Program-made: the position numbers and the translations under genes | Assembly (NCBI GenBank): GCA_040767085.1 | Contig: JAXGPF010000003.1 | Span: 64,001-128,000, forward strand | Direction: 5' to 3' | DNA from: Kiritimatiellia bacterium | GTDB taxonomy: Bacteria; Verrucomicrobiota; Kiritimatiellia; JAAZAB01 | DNA length: 64,000 nucleotides | The notes under the pieces: generated by a model | Told to the model about the DNA's origin: nothing | The model's input: the letters and a program-made list of their open reading frames with translations, nothing else | The model's database searches: none | In this document: piece after piece, positions 21,462 through 32,900 of the stretch | How the letters are laid out: every line of letters starts with the position of its first letter | How positions within the stretch are numbered: position 1 is the first letter of the stretch

Positions 21462-22995
21462 GGCTCCTAACCAGAATTTGTGGGTAAAAAACAGGTTTTA
21501 AAGTTTAAGAAGTTCTCCAAGCAATGGCGCCAAAAGATGGTGGAGTTATTAACAGCCTGCCGCTTTGGGCGTTTGGCGGCCCCGCAGCAGCCTGATTAAT
21601 AACTCCTGATTGGCGCGATGGCGGAACGGAGATAAAGCGGCGGCAAAAAAATAGGCTGGCCTTTCCGTAATCCATTGCGTATGCAATGGGTGAACACAAA
21701 AAAAGGAGGACCAGCCCAAGGTGAAACTTAAAACAATTTTGAATCGTTTGCAACCTTTGAAACGTTTTATTTATCAGGAAACTTGTATGGTTTTGGATCG
21801 TCGCGGCCAATGGAAAGTGGATATAAGCATTCGTCCGCATCGCCAACGCGCGGCATGCTGCTCGCGTTGCGGGCGACCGCTGGCGACATACGACACTCTG
21901 CCTGAACGGATATGGGCGTTTGTGCCCATTTTGAATGTGCCGGCTTTTTTGCATTATAGTCCGCGCCGGGTAAATTGCCCCGAACATGGCGTGGTGGTGG
22001 AAGCGCTGCCTTGGAGCGATGGCAAACGACCCTACAGCAAGGCGCTGATGCTTTTTTTGGGGAACTGGGCGCGGAGGTTGTCCTGGAAAGAGACGGCGCT
22101 GATTTTCAAAGTCAGTTGGCAGGCGGTTTATCGGTCGGTCGAGTGGATGGTGGAATGGGGCTTGGCGCACCGGGAATTGGCCAATATAACGGCGATTGGT
22201 GTTGATGAACTCCACGTAGGCAACGGTAAAAAGAGCAAGAACTATCTGACCTTGATCTATCAGATTGATGCGCAATGCCGCCGATTGCTCTGGGTCGGCC
22301 AAACCCGCCGGGCGGCCGCGCTGCGTAAAGGGTTGCAATCTTTGGGAAAACCCGTGCTGGCCGGCATTCGACATATATGTAGCGATATGTGGCGACCTTA
22401 TCTGAAAGTCATTGCTGCGAGCCTCAGCCACGGTTGCCACATGATTGACCGCTTCCATGTCGTGCAAACCTTGAATGCCGCCGTGGACGAGGTCCGGCGC
22501 CGGGATATGGCGGCGATGACAGCGCGTCCGGCGGCCAAGCAAAAACTCAAGAAAATGCGCTGGACCTTGCTGCGCCGCAAAACCCGCGTGCGCGGCAAAG
22601 CTCGCGAAATGCTTGATCGGATATTGGGCACAAGACTGCAAACCGGCCGCGCCTATTTGTTCAAGGAAAGCTTTCAGCATTTTTGGAGCTATCACAGCCC
22701 AACCTGGGCGCGTAATTATCTCCAGGCATGGGTCAAGCGCGCCTGTCGTAGCCGCATTGCGCCAATCATTAAGGCGGCTAAAACCATTGCTAAACACGAG
22801 GAGCTGCTTTTGAACTGGATCAGAGCCAGAAACGAGGTTTTTACTGGCGCAACCGAGGGCTTGAACAATAAAGCTCGAGTGGTTACCAAACGATCTTATG
22901 GCTTCAGAACTTTTCATGGCGCGGAAATGGCGCTATATCATACCCTTGGGCAATTGCCCGAACCGGTAATCACCCACAAATTCTGGTGAGGAAAC
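21462..22995 (+). mobile_element. Complete ISL3-family IS (1534 bp), copy 2
   Basis: 24-bp imperfect IRs GGCTCCTAACCAGAATTTGTGGGT / GTTTCCTCACCAGAATTTGTGGGT; 8-bp TSD ATAATTAT at 21454-21461 and 22996-23003. Confidence 0.97.
21721..22989 (+). CDS. tnpA: ISL3 transposase
   Basis: Intact 422-aa ORF with ISL3 DDE motifs. Confidence 0.95.
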   Translation: MKLKTILNRLQPLKRFIYQETCMVLDRRGQWKVDISIRPHRQRAACCSRCGRPLATYDTLPERIWAFVPILNVPAFLHYSPRRVNCPEHGVVVEALPWSDGKRPYSKALMLFLGNWARRLSWKETALIFKVSWQAVYRSVEWMVEWGLAHRELANITAIGVDELHVGNGKKSKNYLTLIYQIDAQCRRLLWVGQTRRAAALRKGLQSLGKPVLAGIRHICSDMWRPYLKVIAASLSHGCHMIDRFHVVQTLNAAVDEVRRRDMAAMTARPAAKQKLKKMRWTLLRRKTRVRGKAREMLDRILGTRLQTGRAYLFKESFQHFWSYHSPTWARNYLQAWVKRACRSRIAPIIKAAKTIAKHEELLLNWIRARNEVFTGATEGLNNKARVVTKRSYGFRTFHGAEMALYHTLGQLPEPVITHKFW

Positions 22996-24410
22996 ATAAT
23001 TATAAACATTGCTGAATGTGCCGCTATCCACGCTGTTGAACCAGATAATATTATTATAGTTTTTAACGGTATAGGGATCGTTGTCGCGCAGCCACAGCCC
23101 GCCGCCGTCGGTCACCGCAGTATTGGACACGATTGTGCAACTTTCCACCATGGTGGTATAAGTGGTATTATTCCATTGATATTGATTAATACCGCCGCCG
23201 GTGGCGGCGGTATTGCGGGTCAGCAGGCATCCGCGGGCAAGTCCGCCATAGTATAAATATATTCCGCCGCCATCGGTGGCGGTATTTTCCTGGAGAATGC
23301 TGTTAAATATTTCTCCGATTCTCCCGATGTAAACGCCGCCGCCCCGGACGGCGGAATTCCCCCGCAATTCGCTGGCGGCAATGCGGCCGCCGTAATCATA
23401 ATAAGCGCCGCCGCCATAGTTGGTAACCGCCCGGTTGGCGATGAGTTCACTGTCCTGCACCAAGCCGCCATAATAAAAATATAGCCCGCCGCCATTATTG
23501 CTGGCCGCATTGCCGTTAAAAACGGCATTGCTGAACGCTCCCGAATAAGAGCAATACACGCCGCCGCCGGTATCACTGGCTTCGTTGCTGTTGATGGAGA
23601 CGCCGGCAAACTGGTAATAGTCAATTGCGTAAGACGCAGAACCTGAAATATAGACCCCGCCGCCTTTGCCTCCGGTCCGGTTGCCTTCAATGGCGCCGCC
23701 ATCCATCAGGATTCCCGGATTGACTTGGTGGTAAACATACACGCCGCCGCCGAAATTGGTGGCGGCATTGTCGCGAATGACGCAATCGCGAAGCGTCACC
23801 GTGCCGTATGTCAATCCGACGCCGGCGCCGTATAACGCGCTGTTCCCGACAAAGCGGCAATTTTCCACCAGGGAAGTTTTACCGGCGATCAACAACCCGC
23901 CGCCGTAACGATCCCAAGTAGTCGGACCCAGGGCGAAGCCGTTGGTGAACGTCAGCGCTTCCAGCAGAATTTGATCGCCATTGACGATCATGCAGCGGTT
24001 AGTGACCGGTTTGCCGGAATAGTTATTGGCGTCAATCACCACGTCATCCGCAACGCCGGATAAGCCGCGGATGGCTACATTGGTTTTATAAGTCGAAACC
24101 AGAATCTGTCCGTCAAGATGATACGTGCCATTGGAAATCAAAACCGTATCGCCGTAGCCGGCCTCGTCAATGGCATCCTGGATGTTCGTCGCGGCATCGT
24201 TCCAGTTGGTGTAAGGCGAAACATGCCCGCCCTGGCCGGGCTCCGCGACATAAATGGTGCGCGCCGCGGCCGGCGCGCATGCCGCCCAGATACAGGCCAT
24301 GATCGTCAATCCCAGACTGCCCACGGTTGATTTTTTTGATTGCAACTGCATTGTAGTCCTCCTTTATTGTGCACGGCGCCAGACCAACCCGGCCGCATGC
24401 AAGGCTATCC

Positions 24411-24546
24411 GAGACGCATGCCCCCCGATCTGCGGCTCACCACAGGTTCGCCCTCCATGAAATAATCCACCGTTAAAGGCCGTATTTGGAGGGCGAGGCT
24501 GTGCCGAGCCTTTGGTTAGGTTAACGTAGGGGGTTGCATGAGTCTC
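24411..24546. mobile_element. 136-bp MITE-like element containing a REP doublet
   Basis: Ends GAGACGCATGCCCCCC / GGGGGTTGCATGAGTCTC; ATCC duplicated on both sides; internal tcgccctcca...tggagggcga. Confidence 0.7.
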
Positions 24547-24611
24547 ATCCAATTATTTTTTACATCTTACATCTTCAAAGCACACCCTATACATCCTTCT
24601 TATTTCCGGTT

Positions 24612-24645
24612 AATTCCGGCGGGGCACGCGCCCCCCGCCGGAATT
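24612..24645. terminator. GC-rich hairpin, possible terminator
   Basis: aattccggcgggg-cacgcgcc-ccccgccggaatt. Confidence 0.55.
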
Positions 24646-24653
24646 GGTGCCCC

Positions 24654-24848
24654 GCGTGGTGAATTCCGCTCCCCGAGCCTGTCGAGGGGTTTGAAAAAGC
24701 AAGGTAAGTTTGGGGTGGATGCGGGTGCACCGGTGGGCGGGGCTAATCTCAAGATTGCCCCGCTCCCGGTAAGCCCGCCCGAAGGGGCGCGCCGCGCGCC
24801 AGACGCCCCAAAATCGCCGCCGCCTTTTTCAAACGGAATTCACCACGC
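24654..24848. repeat. Inverted-repeat-bounded element whose left arm is interrupted by a REP-like hairpin
   Basis: gcgtggtgaattccg[ctccccgagcctgtcgagggg]tttgaaaaag ... ctttttcaaacggaattcaccacgc. Confidence 0.65.
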
Positions 24849-24903
24849 ACTACAACGACATGATCACATCAACAAATTTGCCTTACACAAGCCTTGTCGA
24901 TCG

Positions 24904-27900
24904 TCACTCCTCGAAATCGGTTGCTTGATCACCCTGCTCCAACTGGAAACCGTCCAGCCAGATGGTCCCCCGCTTGTTCAACATCAGCGCAAAATCGCCG
25001 CGGCTTTCCTGGTGCCGGGCAGGAATATTTATTCCCGTTAGAATATACCGCTGCCAGCCAGCGGTCAACTCAAAAGATTGCCCATCGGCCCAAACCCTAT
25101 GCGACGGCGCATGCCGCACCGCGATGGATTCGCCGCCGCGCTCGCCCCTGGCCCAGAAACTAAACGTGTACACCGCCGGCTGGCCGCGCTGCGGCGCGCA
25201 GGTCCAGACCATGTTGATATAGGGCGGATTTTCATCCTTCAATTTTACCATTTTCAGACAATTCCGCCCGAATTTCGCCTGCCCGGAATCGTCCAACTCG
25301 ATTGCCCCGTAATAATAGTCCGGCAAACCCGCCACCGTGTTTTCCTCAAAACTGGGGTTGGGAAACACATTTTTTTTGCCGGCGCGCGCGTTGTGCGGCA
25401 AAGCCGTCTCCTGCGCCGGCAATTTGGCCGGAATCATGGCGGTCAGGCTTAACGATACCGGTTCAGGCAGACGTCCCAACCGGTAAGCGCGCACGGCAAA
25501 CGGCTCCAGGTCTTCTTCAAAAACTCCGTCTGCGACAGGCAAGGATGCATCCGCAAACATCCGGGAGACCGCTCCGGACAACCCGGCAACTTTAAAAATC
25601 GCCCGCACCGGGTAATACCTGCTGCAGGCCGCCAGCAACACCAGGCCGCCATCGGATGGATCGCGGAAGATGCGCCCTTGCACGTCCGGGAACTGTTCCT
25701 TTTCCGGCACAAATGGCGCTTCTTCGCATTTTCCCTCCGGCAACACTCCGCGCCAGTGCTGCACTTGCTGCCGCACGACGGGCTGTACGGCCATTGGGCC
25801 GATAGCCCTGATTTTGGCGATGGAAGCCTTGAGATTTTCCCAGGCCGGCCCCGGCATGGGATAACGGAACCAATACAACCCCTTGGCGCCATGAATAATG
25901 GCCAGAAAGTCCTGGCATTGCTGCTCGGCCCCGGAAATCGGCCGTTTGCGGGTGCCGGACCAGTTAATCCCCGCCACGTTGACAATCCATACCGGCCGGC
26001 GGAATTTTTCCGCGCGTTGGCCGGTCCAGGCGGTGATTTTAGAGACAAAATCCGGGGTATTGCGTCCCGGTGGTCCGGCGGGCGTCCAGTAGGGATCGGT
26101 GGTCAGCACATCGCAATGCCGGACGTATTCATCGCCTTCGGGTATGTGGCTGGAATACAACAGTTTTACCGGGTGATAGCCGTCCGCCTGGCTGGTCAGA
26201 CGATAGATATCCGCCAGCGAGGAAATCATGTCAAACCGCCGCTTGTCATACGGCTCGTCGAATGACGAATAAGCCAGCAGGTTGCCGGCATCCCGGGCGT
26301 TTGCCACCAGTTGTTCGGTAACGGGCAAATTCAGTTTGACGTATTCGCGATACAGCGCCGTCTTGACCGGCGGCGCATGCCGGCTGGCCGGCGGGGTGAC
26401 CAGGTACCCCCGCACGCCCAATTCGCCACCGCGGTTGATGGCCACCAGCCGGCGCATATCCTCATCGCTCAAGGCTTGCCGCAACTCCGGCGGCAATTGC
26501 TCCATGCCGGACTCTTTCGGCGACCGCCAACCGGTTTGCAGCAGCGCAATGAACCACAACCCATGCTGCCGGGCGCGATCCAGGTATTTGCCAATATCGG
26601 TTGGCGTCAAATCCGTATGCCACTGGAAGAACGTGTTGCAGCCGGCGGCGGCTATATCCTTGAACGCCGCATCGTCGCCCGGCAGAATTCCCGCCATGAT
26701 CGGGCCAAACGGGAAGATCGGCCGGCCATCCTTCAGCACCACCCGGTTGATCTGGTCTATCTTGACTTCGCACCCCGGCTTGGGCGCGCGCTTGATCAAT
26801 TCCGCCGACACTGCCGCAAAGGGCGCGCCATCCCGGCGCCGCAAGGCGATCCGCAGTGAATGCGCACCTTCGGCAAACCCGGCCGGTGAAAATTCCACCA
26901 GGGTCTCCGGCGCGGCCGGGGCCACGCCCAGTGTCTTGCCGTCCGCCTCCACGGCTACTTCCAATTCCGCCAGCGCTTCCGCCGGCATCCCGATTTCCGC
27001 GGCCGCCCGGGCCGTGGTTTCGCTCGTATAGTAATTCCGGTCCAGCCAGCCGCGCATGATATTTAATATCGCCGGCCGCTCCAGCAGCATTTCACGCCAG
27101 GCTTCCCCGGTAACCGGATCGCGCACCGACACCGTAATGGATCGTTCCGCCGGCGCCGCCGCCGGCACCGCCAGCGCTACTTTCACCGGCTTGACGCCTT
27201 CCAACACCGCCCGGGCACGCACCGTCGTGCCCGTGCCCGCCAGCGGCCGGTCGGCTGCCGCCACCTCCACCTCGCCGCGTTCGGCATTGCCGCCTTTGAG
27301 CACCGCTTCGATTCCGTAATAAGTATGGCCGCCTTCCGTGTAATACGATTTGACTTCCACCCGCTCCAGCCCTGCCAGGAACGGCACGCGCAGCTTGTCC
27401 GGCGTCAGCGGCGCCAGCGCGCCGAAGGCGTCCGGCTCGTGGAATGACCGCACCACGGGGCGCCAAAGACTGTGTTCCATGTTCTCGTGGCCGATGACAT
27501 TGCAATCGTCAACCACCGGGATGCGCCGGTTGCGCGCGATATTCAGCCGGACATGCTCCAGGTCGCCATGCTCCATGAACAGGTACAGCGGCAGCGCCGC
27601 TTCCGCCGTCCAGCCGTCTGCCGCAACCATGGCCGCGGAACGCCACGGCAGGTTCCATGTTTCCCGATCCCGCACGCCCTTGATGAAACGCTGCTCCGCC
27701 CGGACATTGAAACAACTCAGCATGAAGTGGTAATACGCCGCGCCGGCGGCATCGGATGAAAAGAATAACTCCACGGATTCATCCGCGGACACCGGCCCGT
27801 CATGCGCGCGCGTTCGAGGATCCATGACCAGCTTCTGCACCGGATTCCCGCACCTTATTCCCAGGTACAGCCAGGCATCGTCATACGCCAGCCGGACTTC

Positions 27901-28122
27901 CGTATCCTTTACCCGCCGGCCATCCGCATCCTTGTAAACATGGAAATTTCCCAGCGGCACGGCCTCCCGCCAGCAATCCTCGTCCAGCCGCCCGTCCAGC
28001 GCCGGCGGCTGTGCAACCGGCACGGCGTGAGCCGACGGCGCCACTTCGCCGGCAGTCAGCGCGCCGCCGCAACCAAGCAAGGCCGCCGCCCAGAATGTCA
28101 AAAATCTTTTTGCTTCCATCAT
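24904..28122 (-). CDS. Paralog P2 (CBM9-like, TIM barrel, CBM-like)
   Basis: Same motifs as P1; signal peptide. Confidence 0.8.
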   Translation of the reverse strand: MMEAKRFLTFWAAALLGCGGALTAGEVAPSAHAVPVAQPPALDGRLDEDCWREAVPLGNFHVYKDADGRRVKDTEVRLAYDDAWLYLGIRCGNPVQKLVMDPRTRAHDGPVSADESVELFFSSDAAGAAYYHFMLSCFNVRAEQRFIKGVRDRETWNLPWRSAAMVAADGWTAEAALPLYLFMEHGDLEHVRLNIARNRRIPVVDDCNVIGHENMEHSLWRPVVRSFHEPDAFGALAPLTPDKLRVPFLAGLERVEVKSYYTEGGHTYYGIEAVLKGGNAERGEVEVAAADRPLAGTGTTVRARAVLEGVKPVKVALAVPAAAPAERSITVSVRDPVTGEAWREMLLERPAILNIMRGWLDRNYYTSETTARAAAEIGMPAEALAELEVAVEADGKTLGVAPAAPETLVEFSPAGFAEGAHSLRIALRRRDGAPFAAVSAELIKRAPKPGCEVKIDQINRVVLKDGRPIFPFGPIMAGILPGDDAAFKDIAAAGCNTFFQWHTDLTPTDIGKYLDRARQHGLWFIALLQTGWRSPKESGMEQLPPELRQALSDEDMRRLVAINRGGELGVRGYLVTPPASRHAPPVKTALYREYVKLNLPVTEQLVANARDAGNLLAYSSFDEPYDKRRFDMISSLADIYRLTSQADGYHPVKLLYSSHIPEGDEYVRHCDVLTTDPYWTPAGPPGRNTPDFVSKITAWTGQRAEKFRRPVWIVNVAGINWSGTRKRPISGAEQQCQDFLAIIHGAKGLYWFRYPMPGPAWENLKASIAKIRAIGPMAVQPVVRQQVQHWRGVLPEGKCEEAPFVPEKEQFPDVQGRIFRDPSDGGLVLLAACSRYYPVRAIFKVAGLSGAVSRMFADASLPVADGVFEEDLEPFAVRAYRLGRLPEPVSLSLTAMIPAKLPAQETALPHNARAGKKNVFPNPSFEENTVAGLPDYYYGAIELDDSGQAKFGRNCLKMVKLKDENPPYINMVWTCAPQRGQPAVYTFSFWARGERGGESIAVRHAPSHRVWADGQSFELTAGWQRYILTGINIPARHQESRGDFALMLNKRGTIWLDGFQLEQGDQATDFEE

Positions 28123-28183
28123 GGTCTCCTGTATATGATTTCAAATGCGCCGGCAGCTCCGCCGGCAACAGGCTCTCTGACGT

Positions 28184-29941
28184 CTAGCCCTGGGGCCATG
28201 GCCGGTCCGCGGCGGCATTATAACCCGCCAGGAATTCATCGTCCAGCAGACCCGCCTGGTTGGGATCAGGCACTTTGAAATATACCGCCTCGCCGCCCGG
28301 ATCGGCGAATTCGGTCAAAGTCAGCGCCAACTCAGGCTTGGCGTCGGGATATATACTCCCCGGCTTCCATGCCCGGATGCGGCAGGCCTGGCCGCCGGCA
28401 TGCACGGATGCATCGTCCAGCGGGCCTTCCACCGATTGCGTATCCAGCACCAGGAGCCGCAAATCCATATCCGCCAATTCCGCGTGCCGCGCGCGGTTCA
28501 GGCAAAACAGCATGGGTCCGCGCATGACGGCTACCCGGCCGGCCTGCGCCTGCCGGCCTTTGACCAGCCGGAAAGGCATGGGAAATTCCAGCGCCGCTTC
28601 ATCGCCCGGCCGCCACTCGCGCTCAATCCTGTAAAACTCGCCCGGGCGCGGCGCCGGGTCCACAGGTTGGCCGTTCACGGTTAAGGATGGCGCATTGCAC
28701 CAGAGCGGCATACGCAGCCGCAGGCCAAACCGGGCAGGCTGCGCCGGATTCACGCGCAAGAGCACGCGCCCCGACCGCGGGTACTCGGTAACCTGCTCAA
28801 GCGTCACTGAAACGCCGCCATCCAGGGTGGTCCGGATGGTTGACGGCGCATATAAATTCACCGCCAAGTCGCCATCCGCCATGTAATAGACCAGGCCGGG
28901 CAACTCCGCAATGATGCGGCGGTAATTGTTCGGGCAGCAGAAGGTGTCTTTTTTGAAATAGCGGCGCGGCCCATCGAATGGGGTATAATAACGGATCTGC
29001 CGGCCTGCCGGCGATTGCGCGGCAAACAAAGCGTTATGCGCCGCCCGCTCCATGACATCCCCGTAAAACGCGGATTGTGTCCGCCGCAGCAGCACGTCGA
29101 GCAATTTCAGCATATAAGCCGTGGCGCAGGTTTCACCGAGATTGATTGTGCCATCCTGGGTATCATGCCAGCACTCATGATCTCCGGTCGCGCCGGTAAT
29201 CGCCAGCCCGTCCTGCCGGAACATGAAATCCAGCGCGCGGCGGGTGGCGCGCTCAAGCTGCGCGTCCGGCGCCAGGCGGTTTAACTCCAACTGCGCCAGG
29301 CACCGGTTGAAATAATTGTACACATGGCCTTCGATCCGGCCCCAGCGCCCTGCGACTATCGGGGCATCCCACTCCTGGATTTGCGTGTCTTTCAGGCAGA
29401 AATCCAGATACGCCCGGTCGCGCGTCTGCCGGTACAGCGCCAGCATCGCAGTCTCAACGCCCAGGGTGGTCATCACGTATTGTCTCGGAACGCGTTCCGG
29501 TCCGGCTTGCCATTGCCGGATCAGGCAATCCGCCAGCCGGCGCGCAGCTTCCAGCGAGGCCGGCTCCTTCCACAATTCAAAGTTCGTCACCAGGCCAAAC
29601 ACCAGGTACGCCGTCTCGTGAATATCCCACAGGCTGACAAAACGGGCCTCCGGATCGAACGTTCCGATGTAGCCGTCGGCATCCTGCGATTCCAGGAGTA
29701 CGGATATGATGTGTTGCCGCAACCCCTGCATGGCGGCGTCCGCCTGCCGGCCATATGCCAGCCGCGCCACGGCATCCACGAATTTACCCATGCCGACATA
29801 ACCCGCATTTTTACGTTTTCCTTGAAAGGGCTTAAGAAAATCCCGGTCAGTATCCACCGCCAGGCAATTCGCGGCGGTTATATCCACACGCCGCCCAGGT
29901 TCCCCGCCCACGCTGATATTCCGGATATCCATGGTCTGCAT
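28184..29941 (-). CDS. GH127 beta-L-arabinofuranosidase-like protein
   Basis: QDADGY, GHVY, ETCAT, MERAAHN, CCPNN..R, RMPLWC, GRVAVMRGP. Confidence 0.88.
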   Translation of the reverse strand: MQTMDIRNISVGGEPGRRVDITAANCLAVDTDRDFLKPFQGKRKNAGYVGMGKFVDAVARLAYGRQADAAMQGLRQHIISVLLESQDADGYIGTFDPEARFVSLWDIHETAYLVFGLVTNFELWKEPASLEAARRLADCLIRQWQAGPERVPRQYVMTTLGVETAMLALYRQTRDRAYLDFCLKDTQIQEWDAPIVAGRWGRIEGHVYNYFNRCLAQLELNRLAPDAQLERATRRALDFMFRQDGLAITGATGDHECWHDTQDGTINLGETCATAYMLKLLDVLLRRTQSAFYGDVMERAAHNALFAAQSPAGRQIRYYTPFDGPRRYFKKDTFCCPNNYRRIIAELPGLVYYMADGDLAVNLYAPSTIRTTLDGGVSVTLEQVTEYPRSGRVLLRVNPAQPARFGLRLRMPLWCNAPSLTVNGQPVDPAPRPGEFYRIEREWRPGDEAALEFPMPFRLVKGRQAQAGRVAVMRGPMLFCLNRARHAELADMDLRLLVLDTQSVEGPLDDASVHAGGQACRIRAWKPGSIYPDAKPELALTLTEFADPGGEAVYFKVPDPNQAGLLDDEFLAGYNAAADRPWPQG

Positions 29942-29976
29942 TGTTCTTTAATCCTTAAACAACTGCACTTAAACGA

Positions 29977-32900
29977 TCATTCCTCAAATTCCGTGGCCTG
30001 GCCGCCCTGTTCCAACTGCAATCCGTCCACCCAGACATCGCCGACGGTCTGCAATAATATGCCAAAATCACCCTGGCCGCCCCGGTGCCGCGCCGGGATC
30101 ACGACCCCCGCAACAACATAACGCTGCCAGTCCGCTGTGACAACGATGTTGGTCGCGGCGCCGGAGGGTATATGCCGCGCCCATAATTTCTCGCTGCCTT
30201 TGCCGCCTTTGGCCCAAAACGACCAGGTATAACTTGCCGGCTGCTCATGCTGCGGATCGCAAGGCCAGGTCAGCCAGGCCCAGGGCGGTTCTGCCACCGT
30301 CCGCTTGGTAATCTTGACACAGTTCCGCCCGAACTTCGCCGGCCCGGTATCATCCATGGTCCAATTCTGGCAGTTATAAAAATAATCCGGATTGCCCGGC
30401 ACGGAGATTTGCTCAAAGCTCGGGTTGGGGAATTTGTTTTTCCGGTCCATCCGGGCATTGTCGGGATATGCGGTTTCCGCCGGCGGGATTTTTTCAGGCC
30501 CTGCTGACGTTATAGTCCATGCCACCGGCTCAACCAATCCCGGCCCCAGCCTATAAACCCGCACGGCAAAAGGTTCCAGCGTTTCGCGGAATACACCGCC
30601 ATCCGCCGGCAGCGCCTTGTCCGCGAACACCCGCCGCACCGCGCCGGTGAGTCCGGTCACGGCAAATTCTGCCGTCACGGGATAATACCGGCTGTTGGCC
30701 GCCGCCAGGACTAACTCCCCGGTTTGCAGGTCACGGAATATTTTCGCCTGTACATCCGGGTATATTTCACGCTCGGGAGCGAAGTGCGCCTCCTGCCGAC
30801 TTCCCCCCGCAACTGCCGCGGCGCGGTACTGCGCTACCTGCCGGACCGCCGGCTGCACCGCCATATTCCCGATCACCTTAACCTTGTCAATGGCAGGCTT
30901 CAAACGCGCGGCGGACGGCGCCTGGAGCGTCTGATAACTGAACCAGAACAATCCCCGGGCGCCATGAATCACCGCCAGAAAATTCTGGCAGTCCTGCTCC
31001 GCATCCGTCAAGCCGCGCTTGCGGCAGCCGCTCCAGTACCCGGCCATCGGCACCACCCAAACCGCCTTGCGGAATTCTTCCGCGCGCCGATCATTCCAAT
31101 GCACGATCTTGGAGACAAAGTTAGGGCTATTGCGCCCAGCCGGCCCGGCGGGAATCCAGTACGGATCCGTGCAGAGGATATCGCCGCACGTGACGTATTC
31201 CGATCCGGCCGGGATATGGCTGGAATACAGCACCTTGACCGGATGGTACCCGTCGGTCCGATGCGTCAGCCGGTAAATGGCATCCAGCGACCGGGTCATG
31301 TCAAACCGCCGGCTGTCAAACGGCTCGTCAAAGGTGGAATACGCCAGCAGGTTCTCCGCATCCTTCACGCTGGCTACCGCCTGCTCCGCCAAGGGCAAAT
31401 TCCGATTCACGTATTCCCGGAACAGATCCGTCTTGACCGGCGCAGGATGCCGGCTGGCGGCGCTGCGCATCAAAAACCCGCGCATCCCCAGCGACCCGCC
31501 CCGGCGCAAGTTCAACATCTCTTTCAGTTCCGGCTCGTTCAACACTTTCTCCGGCAGGACCAACCCCGACTCTTTCGGCGGCAGCCAGCCGGTCTCCAGC
31601 AATGACACCACCTGCAACCCGTATTGCCGCGCGCGGGCCAAGTATCTTACCGCATCCCCCGCCGGCAAATCCTTGTGCCACTGGAAAAACGTGTTGCAGC
31701 CGGCATCCGCAATGTCTTTAAACGCCGCCTCGTCGTCCGGCTTGATCCCCGCCATGATCAGCCCGATCGGGAAAAACGGCCGGCCATCCTTCAACACCAC
31801 CCGGTTGACCTGGTCTATCTTCACCTCGCAGCCCGGCTTGGGCGCGCGCTTGATCAACTCCGACTCCACCGCCGCGAACGGCGCGCCATCGTTGCGCCGC
31901 AGCGCAATCCTGACCGGATAACTCCCGACGGCCAATCCGCCCAGGTCGAAGGCCACCGCCGTCTCCGGCGCGGCAGGCGCGGTGGCCAGCGTCTTGCCGT
32001 CCACTTCCACCGCCACCGTCAAATCCTTCAACGCGGACTCCGGTATCCCGATTGCCGCCGCCGCGACGGCCTGCTTCTCCGTCGTATAATAATTCCGGTC
32101 CAGCCAGCCTTGCATCACCTTCAACACCGCCGGTGTCTCCACTAGGACCTGCCGCCAAATTTCCCCGCTGGCGGTATCCCGCGCTTCCACCGTAACCGAG
32201 CGCTCCGCCGGCGCCGACACCGGCACGGACACCGTCAATTTAACCGGCCGCGTCCCCTGTAACTCCACCCGTTCCCGCACGATCGTTTCTTCGCCCGTTA
32301 CCGGCCGGTCAATCACCGCCGCCTCCACTGCTCCCGTCGCGGAGTTCCCGCCCTTCAACTCCATCTCCACCCGGTAATAATTCGTCCCGCCTTCCGTGTA
32401 ATACGGCCGGACATCCACCCGATCCAAAGACGCCAGAAACGGAAGCCGCAACTTCCCCGGCGCCAATGGCGCCAGCGCCCCAAAAGCCGCCGGCTCGTGG
32501 AACGACCGCGTCACAGGACGCCACAGGCTGTGTTCCATATCCTCGTGCGTGATCACATTGCTCGCATCCACATACGGCTGCCGCCGGTTGCGCACGATGT
32601 TCAGCCGGATATACTCCAGGTCGCCGTATTCCAGGAACAGGTACAGCGGCAACGCCGTTTCCGCCGACCAGCCTTCATCGGCAACCGCCACCGCCGACCG
32701 CCAGGGCAGGTTCCAGGTCTGGCGCTCGCGGCTGCCGTTGATGATCCGCTGCTCGGCCTTGATGTTGAAGCAGCTCAGCATGAAGTGGTAATACGCCGCG
32801 CCGGCGCCATCCGACGAGAAAAACAGTTCCACCGATTCGTCCTCCGAGACCGGCCCGTCATGCTCGCGCGTCTTCGGGTCCAGGACGTGTTTCTGCAGCG

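Larger units (their letters stand above)
21163..24351 (-). pseudogene. Beta-helix/choice-of-anchor Q protein (paralog B) interrupted by ISL3
   Basis: Removing the IS and one TSD restores the frame (...SNVYNY|TWLASNDFYHC...DIGCYEYVPRGMMFWLH), 548 aa. Confidence 0.92.

Noticed and set aside
21505-22917. 470-aa minus-strand ORF inside ISL3
   Set aside because: Antisense shadow of the transposase with no recognisable motifs.
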